Origin: Candidatus Electrothrix yaqonensis
GTDB lineage: Bacteria > Desulfobacterota > Desulfobulbia > Desulfobulbales > Desulfobulbaceae
DNA length: 32,000 nucleotides
Assembly (NCBI GenBank): GCA_047651235.1
Contig: CP178758.1
Coordinates: 2,160,001 to 2,192,000 of the forward strand
Direction: 5' to 3'
Below, piece after piece: positions 1 through 9,795 of the stretch. Made by a program: the position numbers and the translations under genes. The notes under the pieces were generated by a model that was given only the letters and a program-made list of their open reading frames with translations, had not been told where the DNA came from and made no database searches. Position 1 is the first letter of the stretch; every line of letters begins with the position of its first letter.

Positions 1-165
1 ACACCAGGTGTTCTTCCGGTTCGTTCTTCTCTTTCCGCTGCAGTGTCCGGCAGCGGATTTCCGGGTCTGTCCGGGGCTGAATATATGACAGAAGGTTATA
101 CTGGATTATACCGGCTGCATACCGTCTTTTCTGTTGACGGTGGATTATCTTTTGAAATACAGTAA
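1..165 (+). CDS. 3' end of an unidentified gene (partial, enters from window start)
   Basis: Frame 1 is open from base 1 to TAA at 163-165 (...YRLHTVFSVDGGLSFEIQ*). A hairpin plus T-run follows 6 nt later. 54 aa is too short to assign a family. Confidence 0.4.
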   Translation, partial: TPGVLPVRSSLSAAVSGSGFPGLSGAEYMTEGYTGLYRLHTVFSVDGGLSFEIQ

Positions 166-170
166 GCTGA

Positions 171-215
171 AGTATGCTGTCTTTTCCGGGCAGCAGGAAA
201 AGCATACTGTTTTTT
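171..215 (+). terminator. Rho-independent terminator candidate
   Basis: AGTATGC(tgtc)TTTTCC at 171-187 pairs with GGAAAAGCATACT at 196-208, giving a 13 bp stem with one 4-nt bulge and an 8-nt loop. It is followed by G and T6 (210-215). Confidence 0.55.
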
Positions 216-282
216 CTCTGTCCGGTCCTGCCTGTTGAAGAGAATCCTGTTTCCGGGTAAGAAGTATCAGAAGGTATAAATT

Positions 283-291
283 TGGTATAAT
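283..291 (+). promoter_or_regulatory. Extended -10 promoter candidate (TGgTATAAT) for the DUF218 gene
   Basis: TGGTATAAT at 283-291 matches the extended -10 consensus TGnTATAAT. The -35 is poor. It lies ~50 nt upstream of ATG 344, which is preceded by GGAAGGG. Confidence 0.35.
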
Positions 292-343
292 CTGCCGCCT
301 CATCTCCAACCTCTAACCGAACGCTCTGAAGGAAGGGAACATC

Positions 344-1123
344 ATGGTTGAATTTGCCCGCTTTATCGCACCGTTTCTGGCTCCTCTCCCTATGGGAGTA
401 TTCTGTATCTTTTTCGCTCTGTTCTGTCTGCTCCTGAGTCTGAAAAAAACAGCAGTTCTGTCCCTGCTGCTCAGTCTCGCTATTCTGCTGGTTTCCGGTT
501 ACGGTCTGTTCACCCGGCAGCAGCTTTATCAGCTGGAACGGAAATATCCGTCCCTGGATGTGGAAAAAATTGCCGCACAGAAGCAGCGTCAGATTAAATT
601 CGTTGTTGTGCTCGGCAGTTCCAACGTGACTGATCCCGATGTCCCGGAGAGCGGGCAGCTCGGCAGTGCTTCATTATATCGCTTGGTTGAGGGAATCCGC
701 ATTCATCAGGAACTCCCGCAGACGTGGCTGGTGTTCAGCGGCGGAGCGAATCAGGATACCCGGGCCAATGCCGTGGTGGCAGGAAAGGTTGCTGAATCTC
801 TCGGTATGGACAAAGACAGGATGATTATTGAAGACCGTCCCGCTGATACGCAGGAAGAGGCAAAGCTGCTTTCCCCTGTGCTTAGAGATACGCCTTTTGT
901 CCTGGTGACCTCTGCCGCACATATGGACCGGGCCATGAAACTGTTTCAGGAGGAGGGGATGGATCCGATAGCAGCCCCGACAGATTTTATGCTCAAGGAC
1001 AATAAACTGCTGACCTCGGATAAGTTTCTGCCTTCCTGTGAAAATATGGGGATATCACAGCGGATGCTTTATGAGTGGATGGCTGCCGGGTGGGCATATC
1101 TTCAGAAGACAGCAGGATTCTGA
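344..1123 (+). CDS. DUF218 / YdcF-ElyC-SanA family membrane-anchored protein
   Basis: The N-terminus has two hydrophobic helices. The DUF218 pattern follows: KFVVVLGSS...FSGGANQD...ADTQEEAKLL...FVLVTSAAHMDRAM. Confidence 0.7.
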   Translation: MVEFARFIAPFLAPLPMGVFCIFFALFCLLLSLKKTAVLSLLLSLAILLVSGYGLFTRQQLYQLERKYPSLDVEKIAAQKQRQIKFVVVLGSSNVTDPDVPESGQLGSASLYRLVEGIRIHQELPQTWLVFSGGANQDTRANAVVAGKVAESLGMDKDRMIIEDRPADTQEEAKLLSPVLRDTPFVLVTSAAHMDRAMKLFQEEGMDPIAAPTDFMLKDNKLLTSDKFLPSCENMGISQRMLYEWMAAGWAYLQKTAGF

Positions 1124-1363
1124 CCGGAAAGGTTGATGTCCCGGTTTGCGGTGTCAGGGCTGCAGTAAGGTCTACAGTAGCACGATAACATCTATACTAA
1201 CATCTATACACAAATTGTACTCTGTGATATTATAGGAGCTATATCCGGTTTGTTGCATAAAAAATGGAGATTCTTGTGTATTGCACTGTAGTTTCGCTAA
1301 AAATATACAGCAGGATGCCGACAGCACTATCCTGCGGGTGAACGGACAGAAAAAAGGTGATCA

Positions 1364-2548
1364 ATGAAAGTAAAAGGGTTTGCCGCTGCCGCTGTACAGG
1401 CCGGTATCCGCTATCAGGACCGACTTGATATCGGGCTGATTTATTCTGAAGTTCCGGCTGTGACAGTCGGGATGTTTACGACCAATACGGTCAAGGCGGC
1501 ACCTGTTGTTCTGGGAATGAAGCGGCTCTGTGAGGGCAGGGCCCAGGCTGTGCTGGTAAACAGCGGCAATGCCAATGCCTGTACCGGGGAGCAGGGCATG
1601 GAGGTCGCGGTCCGCAGTGCGGCTCTGGCAGCAGAGGCTCTGCAGATTGAGAAGGAGCTGGTCCTGGTGGCGTCTACCGGAGTTATCGGAGAACAGCTTG
1701 ATCTTCAGCCCTTTGTCCGGGCGGTTCCTGAACTTGCCGCCGGTCTGCAGGAGGACGGATTTGATGATCTCGCCCGGGCCATTATGACCACAGATACCGT
1801 GCCCAAAACCTCAGAAGCCACGGTCGTCATTAACGGGACAGAGGTCAATCTGCTGGGAGTAGCCAAGGGGGCCGGAATGATTATGCCGGATATGGCCACC
1901 ATGCTCTGTTTTGTGGTCACAGATGCCCGGATCGCTTTTTCTGAACTGCATGAGATTGTCCGGCAGGGAGTGGAGCACTCATTTAATCTGATCACTGTGG
2001 ACGGTGATACCTCGACAAACGATACTGTGCTGGTTATGGCTAACGGTGCTGCAGGGAATGAATGGATCGATGAGGAAACTCCCCGGGACCTGCAGGTTTT
2101 TACCGAGGCGCTGCATAAAATTTTTAAAGATCTGGCTCTGCAGATTGTTTCTGATGGTGAGGGTACGACCAAGGTGGTCACCATTCGGGTAACCGGAGCA
2201 AGAAACAGAGAGGAGGCGATGAATGGAGCCCAGACCATTGCCAACTCTGCTCTGGTCAAAACCGCGTTTTTTGGTGAAGACGCGAACTGGGGACGAATTC
2301 TGGCCGCCCTCGGTCGCTCCGGCTGTCATTTTCAGCCCGACCGGGTCTCTGTTTCCTTTGATAACGTTATGATGGTGGAAAACGGTATGGGGTGCGGCGC
2401 AGCAGCAGAGGAGCAGGCATCCAAAGTGCTGCGGCAGAAGGCGTTTACGGTAACGGTCGATCTGCGTTACGGCGCAGGAAGCGCAGAGGTCTTCACAACT
2501 GATTTGACCTGTGATTATGTAAGGATTAATGCGGACTACCGCAGCTGA
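1364..2548 (+). CDS. argJ: Bifunctional ornithine acetyltransferase / N-acetylglutamate synthase
   Basis: Full-length ArgJ signature: KGFAAAAVQAGIRY, MTTDT, self-cleavage site PDMA|TMLCFVVTDA, GDTSTNDT, GEDANWGRI, and C-terminal INADYRS. Confidence 0.92.
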   Translation: MKVKGFAAAAVQAGIRYQDRLDIGLIYSEVPAVTVGMFTTNTVKAAPVVLGMKRLCEGRAQAVLVNSGNANACTGEQGMEVAVRSAALAAEALQIEKELVLVASTGVIGEQLDLQPFVRAVPELAAGLQEDGFDDLARAIMTTDTVPKTSEATVVINGTEVNLLGVAKGAGMIMPDMATMLCFVVTDARIAFSELHEIVRQGVEHSFNLITVDGDTSTNDTVLVMANGAAGNEWIDEETPRDLQVFTEALHKIFKDLALQIVSDGEGTTKVVTIRVTGARNREEAMNGAQTIANSALVKTAFFGEDANWGRILAALGRSGCHFQPDRVSVSFDNVMMVENGMGCGAAAEEQASKVLRQKAFTVTVDLRYGAGSAEVFTTDLTCDYVRINADYRS

Positions 2549-2631
2549 ACAACCCGGTTCCGGTTTACCTGCTGCAGAAAGAGAAAAAATTCCTGCTTCC
2601 TGACGTATGTGCATGATATAACCGGGGAATT

Positions 2632-4842
2632 ATGATGCAAAGTACAAAGATATTCATTGCCGCCCTAATTCTTCACGTTGCATCGGCCGCTGTCTGCTGC
2701 GGAGGCTGTCTGTCGGGAAACTGCAAAAACGGTTCAGGAAAGCTGACTGATCATACAGGTCGGGTGTATGAGGGTGAATTTAAAAACGGTTTTCTCTGGG
2801 GGCGCGGCAAGCTGGTCACCGGGGACGGTCTGCAGTATGAAGGGGAATTTGTCAGAGGAAGATTTCACGGGTTCGGCAGCCTGAAAAGTCCGGATGGCCG
2901 ATCGTATATCGGTATATTTAAAAACGGGGTGATTGACGGAGAGGGTACCCTGAAAGAGCCGGACGGAACCAAGTATCAGGGAGAATTCGAGCTTGGTCGG
3001 TTTCACGGCAAAGGTATCCTGATTTATCCGGACGGTCGAAGGTATATCGGTGATTTCCGGAATAATTCTCTGCACGGTAAAGGGAAGATGACCATACCGG
3101 GCAACGGCAGCTTTGAAGGGGAGTTCCGTGACGGCCGACCGGATGGTAAGGGGGTGCGTCGTTACCCTGACGGTACGGTCTATATAGGGAGTTATGTCGG
3201 GAAATACCGGCAGGGCTACGGTATTCTCCAGATGCCTGACGGCAGTCGCTATGAAGGATATTTTGACAAGGATCTGTATAACGGACGCGGGACGCTGAAA
3301 GAAAAGAACGGACGGACGTACATCGGCACTTTTCTTGCCGGAGCCATCACCGGGCAGGGTACAGTGACCTGGCCGGATGCTGATCAGCAGTATAAAGGAG
3401 AGCTGCTCAACGGCCTGCCGCACGGAGAAGGCACCATGACGTACAATGACGGTTCCCGATATATAGGACAATGGGAAAAAGGTATCCGGGTCGGGGTCGG
3501 CAAGCTGGAGTATGCGGACGGACGGGTCTATGAAGGCCTTTTTTCTAAGAATGAGCCGGTCGGGCCAGCGCGGGCTGTGAAACCGGCTGCCGATGTTGCT
3601 GCTGCGGCTGAACCGGAACCCGAATCCGAGCTGGTATCTGCACCTGAACAGCCTGCTCCTCCCCCAGTACAGGCGGAGAGTAGGCCGAAAAAGGCTGAAG
3701 CACCAGAACAATCCGATGATTCAGTCCCGGCTTCCGGGCAGCAGAGGAATCAGATCGGGGAACAGGAGCAGGCCCGACGTGAGTCGGTTGTCATCATAGA
3801 GGAAGGGGCATATCCCTCGGAGCCGGAGGAAGAGCCTGCTGGACTGACCGAAGCAGAGACGGAAATACGTGTTCAGTATCCTGTTGTCGATGCAGATACA
3901 GATGCTGCGGCAGAGTCTTCTGCGCAGAGTGATCAGATCGCTGAACAGGATGTTCTGAATGAACCGGTGGATGAATCGGTGGATGAGCCAGTTGTGATCA
4001 TAGAGGAAGGGCCGTATTCCGCAGAAGAGGAGGTGGAACCAGCTGAGCCGTCTGAAGCTGAGAGGGAAACGACGGAAATACGTATTCAGCAGCCAGTTGC
4101 AGCCACTGCTACAAAGTCGGAGGCTGCGTTGGTTCCGGCTGATGCATTACTTGAACAGGAAGAACCTGATGAGGGAGCACCTGCCGGAGAACAGCTTGTC
4201 CTGATCAATGAAATTCCCTATTCCACTGAAACAGGCGAAGAGCTGCACGGCAGCACGTTCAGCGGAGCAACCGGGGCTGACGGGGTTGACCTGCCGGATG
4301 CCTCGCATTATCAGGGGGAATTTAAAAACGGCAAGATGGAAGGCCGGGGTATGCTGCGGCTGGCCGACGGGGAAAGCTATGAAGGCGAGTTTTCCAACGG
4401 GAAATTTCACGGCCAAGGCACGTATATTTTTGCGGACGGTCGGCAGTATACAGGATCGTTCAGGAAAGGGGAGCGGGAGGGAAAAGGCGTTTTCACTTAT
4501 CCGGACGGCTCGTCCTATAAAGGAGAATTTGTCAAAGGCGTCTTTGCAGGAAAGGGGCTCTATACCTTTCCGGACGGTAGTTATTATACAGGCGAATTTT
4601 CCGACGGCTTTTTCTCCGGTCAGGGGACATTGATTTACAAAAGCGGAAAAAAATACAGCGGGGAATTTAAAAATGATCTGCCGCATGGGCAGGGCGTGCT
4701 TACCTCTGCTGACGGCACCGTATATAAAGGGATGTTCAAATCCGGCCGCAGGAACGGCAAAGGCATAATTACCTATCCGGACGGACGAGTCGTCAAGGGT
4801 ACCTTTAAAAACGATGAGCTGGTCAGCAAGGATAAAAAATAA
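2632..4842 (+). CDS. Secreted MORN-repeat protein with a central acidic/Pro-rich repeat linker
   Basis: N-terminal signal-like helix (KIFIAALILHVASAAV). About 11-12 tandem 23-aa MORN units (YxGEFxxGxxxGxGxxxxxDGxx) come first, then a ~245-aa E/P/A-rich segment, then another 7-8 MORN units. Confidence 0.8.
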   Translation: MMQSTKIFIAALILHVASAAVCCGGCLSGNCKNGSGKLTDHTGRVYEGEFKNGFLWGRGKLVTGDGLQYEGEFVRGRFHGFGSLKSPDGRSYIGIFKNGVIDGEGTLKEPDGTKYQGEFELGRFHGKGILIYPDGRRYIGDFRNNSLHGKGKMTIPGNGSFEGEFRDGRPDGKGVRRYPDGTVYIGSYVGKYRQGYGILQMPDGSRYEGYFDKDLYNGRGTLKEKNGRTYIGTFLAGAITGQGTVTWPDADQQYKGELLNGLPHGEGTMTYNDGSRYIGQWEKGIRVGVGKLEYADGRVYEGLFSKNEPVGPARAVKPAADVAAAAEPEPESELVSAPEQPAPPPVQAESRPKKAEAPEQSDDSVPASGQQRNQIGEQEQARRESVVIIEEGAYPSEPEEEPAGLTEAETEIRVQYPVVDADTDAAAESSAQSDQIAEQDVLNEPVDESVDEPVVIIEEGPYSAEEEVEPAEPSEAERETTEIRIQQPVAATATKSEAALVPADALLEQEEPDEGAPAGEQLVLINEIPYSTETGEELHGSTFSGATGADGVDLPDASHYQGEFKNGKMEGRGMLRLADGESYEGEFSNGKFHGQGTYIFADGRQYTGSFRKGEREGKGVFTYPDGSSYKGEFVKGVFAGKGLYTFPDGSYYTGEFSDGFFSGQGTLIYKSGKKYSGEFKNDLPHGQGVLTSADGTVYKGMFKSGRRNGKGIITYPDGRVVKGTFKNDELVSKDKK
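3787..4260 (+). repeat. 204-nt (68-aa) tandem repeat inside the MORN-protein linker
   Basis: Units begin at 3787 (gttgtcatcatagaggaagg), 3991 (gttgtgatcatagaggaagg) and 4195 (cttgtcctgatcaatgaaat, degenerate). The matching peptides are VVIIEEGAYPSEPEEEPAGLTEAETEIRVQYPV, VVIIEEGPYSAEEEVEPAEPSEAERETTEIRIQQPV and VLINEIPYSTETGEE. Confidence 0.7.
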
Positions 4843-4844
4843 TT

Positions 4845-6026
4845 GTGTTCACTGTTGATGCCGCTCTGGAACAACGACTGCGGGAAATCCGCCGTGCTCT
4901 GCACCGTCGGCCTGAACTTTCTTATCAGGAGGAACAGACTGCCGCCCTGATTTGCAGGGAGCTGGACAGACTGGGGATCAGCTATACCTCCGGCTTGGCA
5001 GGCACGGGCATCCGGGCGGAAATCGGCGTAGGCCCCGGCCCCTGTGTGGCGCTGCGGGCGGATATGGATGCTCTGCCTGTAGCGGAGGAGACCGGACTGG
5101 AGTTTGCTTCGGTCAATCCCGGCGTGATGCATGCCTGCGGCCATGACGGCCATACCACCATGCTGCTCGGAGCAGCTGAACTGCTGGCGGAAAACGGACT
5201 GCCTGAAAAAACAGGCGGTCGGGTGGTTCTGCTTTTTCAGCCTGCTGAGGAGGCCGGGAGCGGGGCAGCCGCTATGATTGCCGACAACTGCCTTGCAGGC
5301 GTTGACATGATCTTCGGCGGTCATATTGACACCCATTATCCGCCGGGATATCTGGTGATTGATCAGGGCCTGATCTGTTCGTATGCGGATCCGTTTACTG
5401 TGGATATCTGCGGCCAGGGCGGTCATGCAGCCAGACCGCATGAGGCGGTCGATGCAGTCGTGGTTGGGGCGAGCTTTGTCATCAACCTCCAGACCATGGT
5501 TGCCCGGATGATGAATCCCGTACATCCGGGTATCGTCACGGTCGGTCGATTTGCCGCCGGTTCTGTCCATAATGTGATCGCCGGTTCAGCCGCGCTGGAG
5601 GGCACAGTCCGCAGCACGCATCCGGATACCAGAGAAATGATTCTCAGCAGAATGCAGGGATTGGTCCGGGGGCTTGAAGAAATGTATCATGCCGATATTA
5701 CCATGACCCCGCGTGACGCATTACCGGCTGTGGTGAATGATGCGGTTTCCTGCTCTCTTGCCGGAGAGGCCGCTCATGCGGTGGTCGGGCCGGAGCGGGT
5801 GACCTCCCAGGGCTTTCCCAGCCTTGGGGGCGAGGACTTTGCTTTTTATCAGCAGCATATTCCCGGAACTATGATCCGTTTCGGGGCCGCCTCGGATCGG
5901 GAAACCGGGCCTTCCCATTCCGGCAGTTTTGACTTTGACGAGCAGGTGTTATCCTGTGGCAGCCGGTGGCTGGCCACGGTTGCTGTTCATGCGCTTCAAC
6001 ATCTGCAGACGTCTGCAGAATCGTGA
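4845..6026 (+). CDS. M20D-family amidohydrolase (N-acyl-amino-acid / hippurate-hydrolase type)
   Basis: LREIRRALHRRPELSYQE and the metal motif MHACGHDGHTTMLLGAA. Length and C-terminal layout are typical of M20D. The GTG start lies 2 nt after the MORN gene stop. Confidence 0.8.
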   Translation: MFTVDAALEQRLREIRRALHRRPELSYQEEQTAALICRELDRLGISYTSGLAGTGIRAEIGVGPGPCVALRADMDALPVAEETGLEFASVNPGVMHACGHDGHTTMLLGAAELLAENGLPEKTGGRVVLLFQPAEEAGSGAAAMIADNCLAGVDMIFGGHIDTHYPPGYLVIDQGLICSYADPFTVDICGQGGHAARPHEAVDAVVVGASFVINLQTMVARMMNPVHPGIVTVGRFAAGSVHNVIAGSAALEGTVRSTHPDTREMILSRMQGLVRGLEEMYHADITMTPRDALPAVVNDAVSCSLAGEAAHAVVGPERVTSQGFPSLGGEDFAFYQQHIPGTMIRFGAASDRETGPSHSGSFDFDEQVLSCGSRWLATVAVHALQHLQTSAES

Positions 6027-6037
6027 TCCGGTGACTG

Positions 6038-7198
6038 ATGGAAAAAGAACCCTTTGCCCCTATATTCACAAGCAGCCGGGCATATACGCTCGGTGTGGAG
6101 CTGGAATTTCAGCTCCTTGACCGCGACACCCTGAATCTGGTTCCCCGGGTGAATGCCATTATAGAGGATCTCGTCCCTGAAGGCAGCAACAGGATCGTGC
6201 CGGAATTTCTGCAGTCTATTATTGAGCTGCAGACCGGGGTGTGCAGCAGTGTTGCTGAGGTTGCCGATGACCTCAGCAGGGTTATTCATCTGGTGGAGGA
6301 TGTTGCAGAACAGGAGAATAGTATACTCTACTCGACCAGCCTGCACCCCTTTGCTGACCCATCAGCCCAGCTGCTTACCAAGGGAGAACGCTATCAGCGG
6401 ATTATGGATGAGCTGCAGCATGTCGGTCGGCAGTTCATCACCCAGGGGATGCATGTGCATGTCGGGATGCGGGACGGCGAGACTGCTGTCCGGGTCTGTG
6501 ATATTCTGCAGGCCTACCTGCCGGTTCTGCTGGCCCTCAGCACCTCCTCCCCGTTTTTCTGCGGTCGGGATACCGGCTTTCAGTCGTACCGGACGAAATT
6601 ATTCGAGCAGCTGCCCCTGGCCGGTATTGCCGGGTATCTGGGGAGCTGGCAGAAATATGTGGATGAGGTTTGCTTGCTCCGGGAACATCAGGCTATTGAA
6701 GGGCTCAAAGACCTCTGGTGGGATGTACGCCTGAGTCCGGGCTTCGGCACTGTAGAAATACGCATCTGCGATCTGCCGGCTAAATTCTGGCACATTCTCG
6801 GCCTGACAGCGGTGATCCAAGCATTTGCTGCTTATCTTGCCGAGAGCGAGCTGGCCTCACGGCCGATCAGTCTGCAGCTGCTGAGATACAATAAATGGCA
6901 GGCTGCCCGGCACGGGCTTGACGGCAGATTTGTTGATATCTACGGATTTCTGGGCGGGACAGGTTTTTCTCTGCGTCAGGCTGCGGACCGGCTTTTTCAG
7001 CTGATTCATCCTCTGACGGACCGGTTCCGCACCACCGAATATGTTCGTGGGCTTCACCCGATACTGGAAGAAGGGACCTGTGCTGACCGACAGCGGCAGT
7101 TGGCGGGCAAGGAAAGAAAATTTAAACATATGATTACGACCCTGCGGAATGATTATTGGCAGAGACAGGCGGAACAGCAGCAGGCGGCAGGAATATGA
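6038..7198 (+). CDS. ybdK: YbdK-type carboxylate-amine ligase (glutamate-cysteine ligase family 2)
   Basis: YTLGVELEFQLLD near the N-terminus, GMHVHVG, YRTKLFEQLP and WWDVRLSPGFGTVEIRICD are the GCS2/YbdK hallmarks. Confidence 0.8.
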   Translation: MEKEPFAPIFTSSRAYTLGVELEFQLLDRDTLNLVPRVNAIIEDLVPEGSNRIVPEFLQSIIELQTGVCSSVAEVADDLSRVIHLVEDVAEQENSILYSTSLHPFADPSAQLLTKGERYQRIMDELQHVGRQFITQGMHVHVGMRDGETAVRVCDILQAYLPVLLALSTSSPFFCGRDTGFQSYRTKLFEQLPLAGIAGYLGSWQKYVDEVCLLREHQAIEGLKDLWWDVRLSPGFGTVEIRICDLPAKFWHILGLTAVIQAFAAYLAESELASRPISLQLLRYNKWQAARHGLDGRFVDIYGFLGGTGFSLRQAADRLFQLIHPLTDRFRTTEYVRGLHPILEEGTCADRQRQLAGKERKFKHMITTLRNDYWQRQAEQQQAAGI

Positions 7199-8718
7199 GC
7201 AGATATAAACGGGCTGTGGTTGCCTCCGGTCATGAAGCTGTCTCACAGGCAGCAGCAGTTCTGCTCGAATCCGGCGGCAATGCCTTTGATGCAGTGGTTG
7301 CTGCCGGTTTTGCCAGCGCTGTTGCCGAGCCGATGCTGACCAGTCTGGGCGGAGGTGGTTTTTTATTGGCCCGCACAGACTCCGGACAGGAAACATTTTT
7401 TGATTTTTTTGTCAATACGCCGGGAGCCGGTTTGGGAGAGAACCTGCCGGAGCCGCATTTTTATCCGATTGACGTGGACTTCGGCGGGTCAGCCCAAGAG
7501 TTTAATATCGGCTTGGGGTCGGTTGCTGTGCCGGGCACCCTGAAAGGGTTGCTCCATGTCCATGAGCGGTTGGGGGCACTGCCCCTGACCGAAGTGCTTG
7601 CGCCTGCTGTTGCGCTGGCAAAAGGCCATGCACTCAATGCCTCGCAGGCCGAGTTTATCCGACTGCTGCTGCCTATCCTGACCACCAGTGAAACCGGGCG
7701 CAGGCTGTATACTCCGGATGGTCAGAACCTGCGGGCCGGTGATACTCTGGCAGTGCCGGAACTTGCGGATTTTCTCCTGCATCTGGCAGAGGACAGGGGC
7801 AGAGATTTTTATACAGGGGAAATTGCCCGCCGGATTGACCGGGACATGCGCGAAAACGACGGGCTGCTGACCTGTGAGGATCTTGCCGCCTATAAGGTGA
7901 TTGAACGGAAGCCGCTGCGTGTCCCGTATCACGGCCATACTCTGCTTACCTCTCCCGGTCTCGGTGGTTCGCTGATCGGCCTGTCCCTGTCTCTGGCCGG
8001 GAAAATGGATTCGGTGCAGCAGTGGGGAAGCCAGGAGCATCTGCTCCGCACCCTTGGTCTGATGCAGGAGGTTGAGCACCTGCGCAAACAGGGAATGACC
8101 ACGCCGGATGCTCTGGCTGGTTTTCTTTCCGGCACGGAAATACAAGACTGTACGGACAGGGTGCGTTGTTTCAGCCGGGGCACCACCCATGTCTCGGTGG
8201 CGGACACCAGGGGCAATATCGCCTCTATGACCTGCTCTAACGGCGAGGGGGCTGGATATTTTGCTCCGGGAACCGGCATTATGCTCAACAACATGATGGG
8301 GGAAGATGATCTTCATCCGGACGGTTTTCATGCCGAACCTCCGGGACAGCGGGTCGGGTCCATGATGTCGCCTTCAGCCCTGCTCCGGGATGATGAGGTC
8401 AGACTGGTTTTCGGCAGCGGCGGTTCCAAGCGCATCAGGACGGCTTTGACCCAAGTTCTGGCCCAGGTGGTTGACTTCAATCGTGGTCTGACCGAGGCTG
8501 TTCAGGCTCCGAGGCTGCACTGGGACGGGGATGAAGAAATTCTGCACGTGGAACCGGGATTCCCGGAGGATGCCGTGGCTGCTCTGCAGAAGCGGGTTTC
8601 GGTCAATGCCTGGAAGGAGCTGAATGTCTACTTCGGCGGAGTGCATGCGGTTGTGCCGGGAGCCGAAGGGGCCGGTGACCCGAGAAGAGGCGGAAATGTA
8701 GCTGTGGTGGAACTGTGA
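7195..8718 (+). CDS. ggt: Gamma-glutamyltransferase homologue, apparently cytoplasmic (no signal peptide)
   Basis: VVASGHEAVSQAAAVLLESGGNAFDAVVAAG...LGGGGFLL, and the nucleophile region RGTTHVSVADTRGN. I prefer ATG 7195 (MSRYK...) because it forms an ATGA overlap with the ybdK stop. The track start at 7156 is a likely over-extension. Confidence 0.8.
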   Translation: MSRYKRAVVASGHEAVSQAAAVLLESGGNAFDAVVAAGFASAVAEPMLTSLGGGGFLLARTDSGQETFFDFFVNTPGAGLGENLPEPHFYPIDVDFGGSAQEFNIGLGSVAVPGTLKGLLHVHERLGALPLTEVLAPAVALAKGHALNASQAEFIRLLLPILTTSETGRRLYTPDGQNLRAGDTLAVPELADFLLHLAEDRGRDFYTGEIARRIDRDMRENDGLLTCEDLAAYKVIERKPLRVPYHGHTLLTSPGLGGSLIGLSLSLAGKMDSVQQWGSQEHLLRTLGLMQEVEHLRKQGMTTPDALAGFLSGTEIQDCTDRVRCFSRGTTHVSVADTRGNIASMTCSNGEGAGYFAPGTGIMLNNMMGEDDLHPDGFHAEPPGQRVGSMMSPSALLRDDEVRLVFGSGGSKRIRTALTQVLAQVVDFNRGLTEAVQAPRLHWDGDEEILHVEPGFPEDAVAALQKRVSVNAWKELNVYFGGVHAVVPGAEGAGDPRRGGNVAVVEL

Positions 8719-9764
8719 GTCTGTATATCTGTAAACGTCTTCTGCTCATGATTCCGACCCTGTTCGGGGTCATGTTCATTACCTTTGTCATCACCCAGTT
8801 TGTCCCTGGCGGGCCGGTGGAAAAGATGATGGCCCAGCTTGAAGGGCGCGGAAAAGGCGGCGAGGCGGTCAGCGGCGGGAGCAATCGGTATCAGGGCAAA
8901 CAGGGACTTGATCAGGAGCGGGTTGAACAGCTGAAAAAACTGTACGGTTTTGACAAGCCGCCCCTGCAGCGCTTTTTCTCCATGATGGCCTCCTACCTGG
9001 TCTTTGATTTCGGCGACTCCTATTACCACCAGAAAGGCGTGGCTGAACTGGTTATTTCCAAACTGCCGGTGTCCATGTCCCTGGGCCTCTGGTCGTTTCT
9101 GATCGTTTATTCCGTCTGTATCCCCCTCGGCATCCGCAAGGCCGTGCAGGATGGCTCCCGTTTCGATATGCTCACCAGCACCGTGATTCTGATCGGCTAC
9201 GCCATTCCCGGCTTTGTCCTCGGTATTGTGCTGATCGTCCTGTTCGGCGGCGGCAGTTTCTGGAATATCTTTCCTCTGCGCGGACTGGTTTCGGATAATT
9301 GGAACGAATTGAGCATAATGGGGAAGGTGCTGGATTATCTCTGGCATATGGTTTTGCCCATCACCGCCTCCACTGTGGGCAGCCTTGCCGTCATGACTAT
9401 GCTGACCAAAAATTCCTTTCTGGAGGAAATCCGCAAGCAGTACGTGACGACTGCGCGGGCCAAGGGGCTTGCCGAGAATCAGGTGCTGTACAAGCATGTG
9501 TTCCGCAATGCCATCATTCCGATCATCACCGGCTTTCCCGGCTCCTTTATCACGGCTTTTTTTACCGGCAGCCTGCTGATCGAGACCATTTTTTCCCTGG
9601 ACGGCATGGGCCTGCTGGCCTATGATTCCGTGCTCAACCGGGATTACCCGGTGGTGCTCGGCACCCTGTACTTTTTTACCCTGCTTGGTCTGATCTCCAG
9701 ACTGCTTTCCGACCTGAGTTATATCTGGGTTGATCCCAGAATCAGTTTTGAAAAACTACAATGA
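8715..9764 (+). CDS. yejB: ABC peptide-type importer permease, YejB-like
   Basis: It is collinear by eye with E. coli YejB as I remember that sequence: FVPGGPVEKMM, YGFDKP, FDFGDS, IPLGIRKAV.DGSRFD, LTKNSFLEEIRKQYVTTARAKGL...KHVFRNA. The GTG start forms a GTGA overlap with the ggt stop. Confidence 0.8.
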   Translation: MSLYICKRLLLMIPTLFGVMFITFVITQFVPGGPVEKMMAQLEGRGKGGEAVSGGSNRYQGKQGLDQERVEQLKKLYGFDKPPLQRFFSMMASYLVFDFGDSYYHQKGVAELVISKLPVSMSLGLWSFLIVYSVCIPLGIRKAVQDGSRFDMLTSTVILIGYAIPGFVLGIVLIVLFGGGSFWNIFPLRGLVSDNWNELSIMGKVLDYLWHMVLPITASTVGSLAVMTMLTKNSFLEEIRKQYVTTARAKGLAENQVLYKHVFRNAIIPIITGFPGSFITAFFTGSLLIETIFSLDGMGLLAYDSVLNRDYPVVLGTLYFFTLLGLISRLLSDLSYIWVDPRISFEKLQ

Positions 9765-9795
9765 AACGACGGAGAAAAGACGGAAGGGAGACGTA

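Noticed and set aside
88-298. Direct repeat cagaaggt(t)ata...ggtata... at 88-117 and 268-298
   Set aside because: Only ~11 contiguous matching bases followed by loose similarity. One copy is inside the partial CDS and the other is the promoter-like TATAAT region. This is most likely chance.
1185-1340. Possible ArgR operator or attenuator upstream of argJ (aacatctata x2 at ~1188-1212; hairpin GCAGGAT...ATCCTGC at ~1310-1335)
   Set aside because: There is no convincing match to the ARG-box palindrome I know, and the hairpin has no T-run. It is noted but cannot be supported as a regulatory site from sequence alone.
2734-3711. 325-aa minus-strand ORF antisense to the MORN gene. Similar long antisense ORFs occur at 4147..4686, 4773..5570, 7489..8331, 8628..9497, 22879..23499 and 26717..27724
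   Set aside because: Each is fully nested opposite a gene with clear family motifs. Their R/P/S-rich composition has no motifs, which is typical of shadow ORFs.
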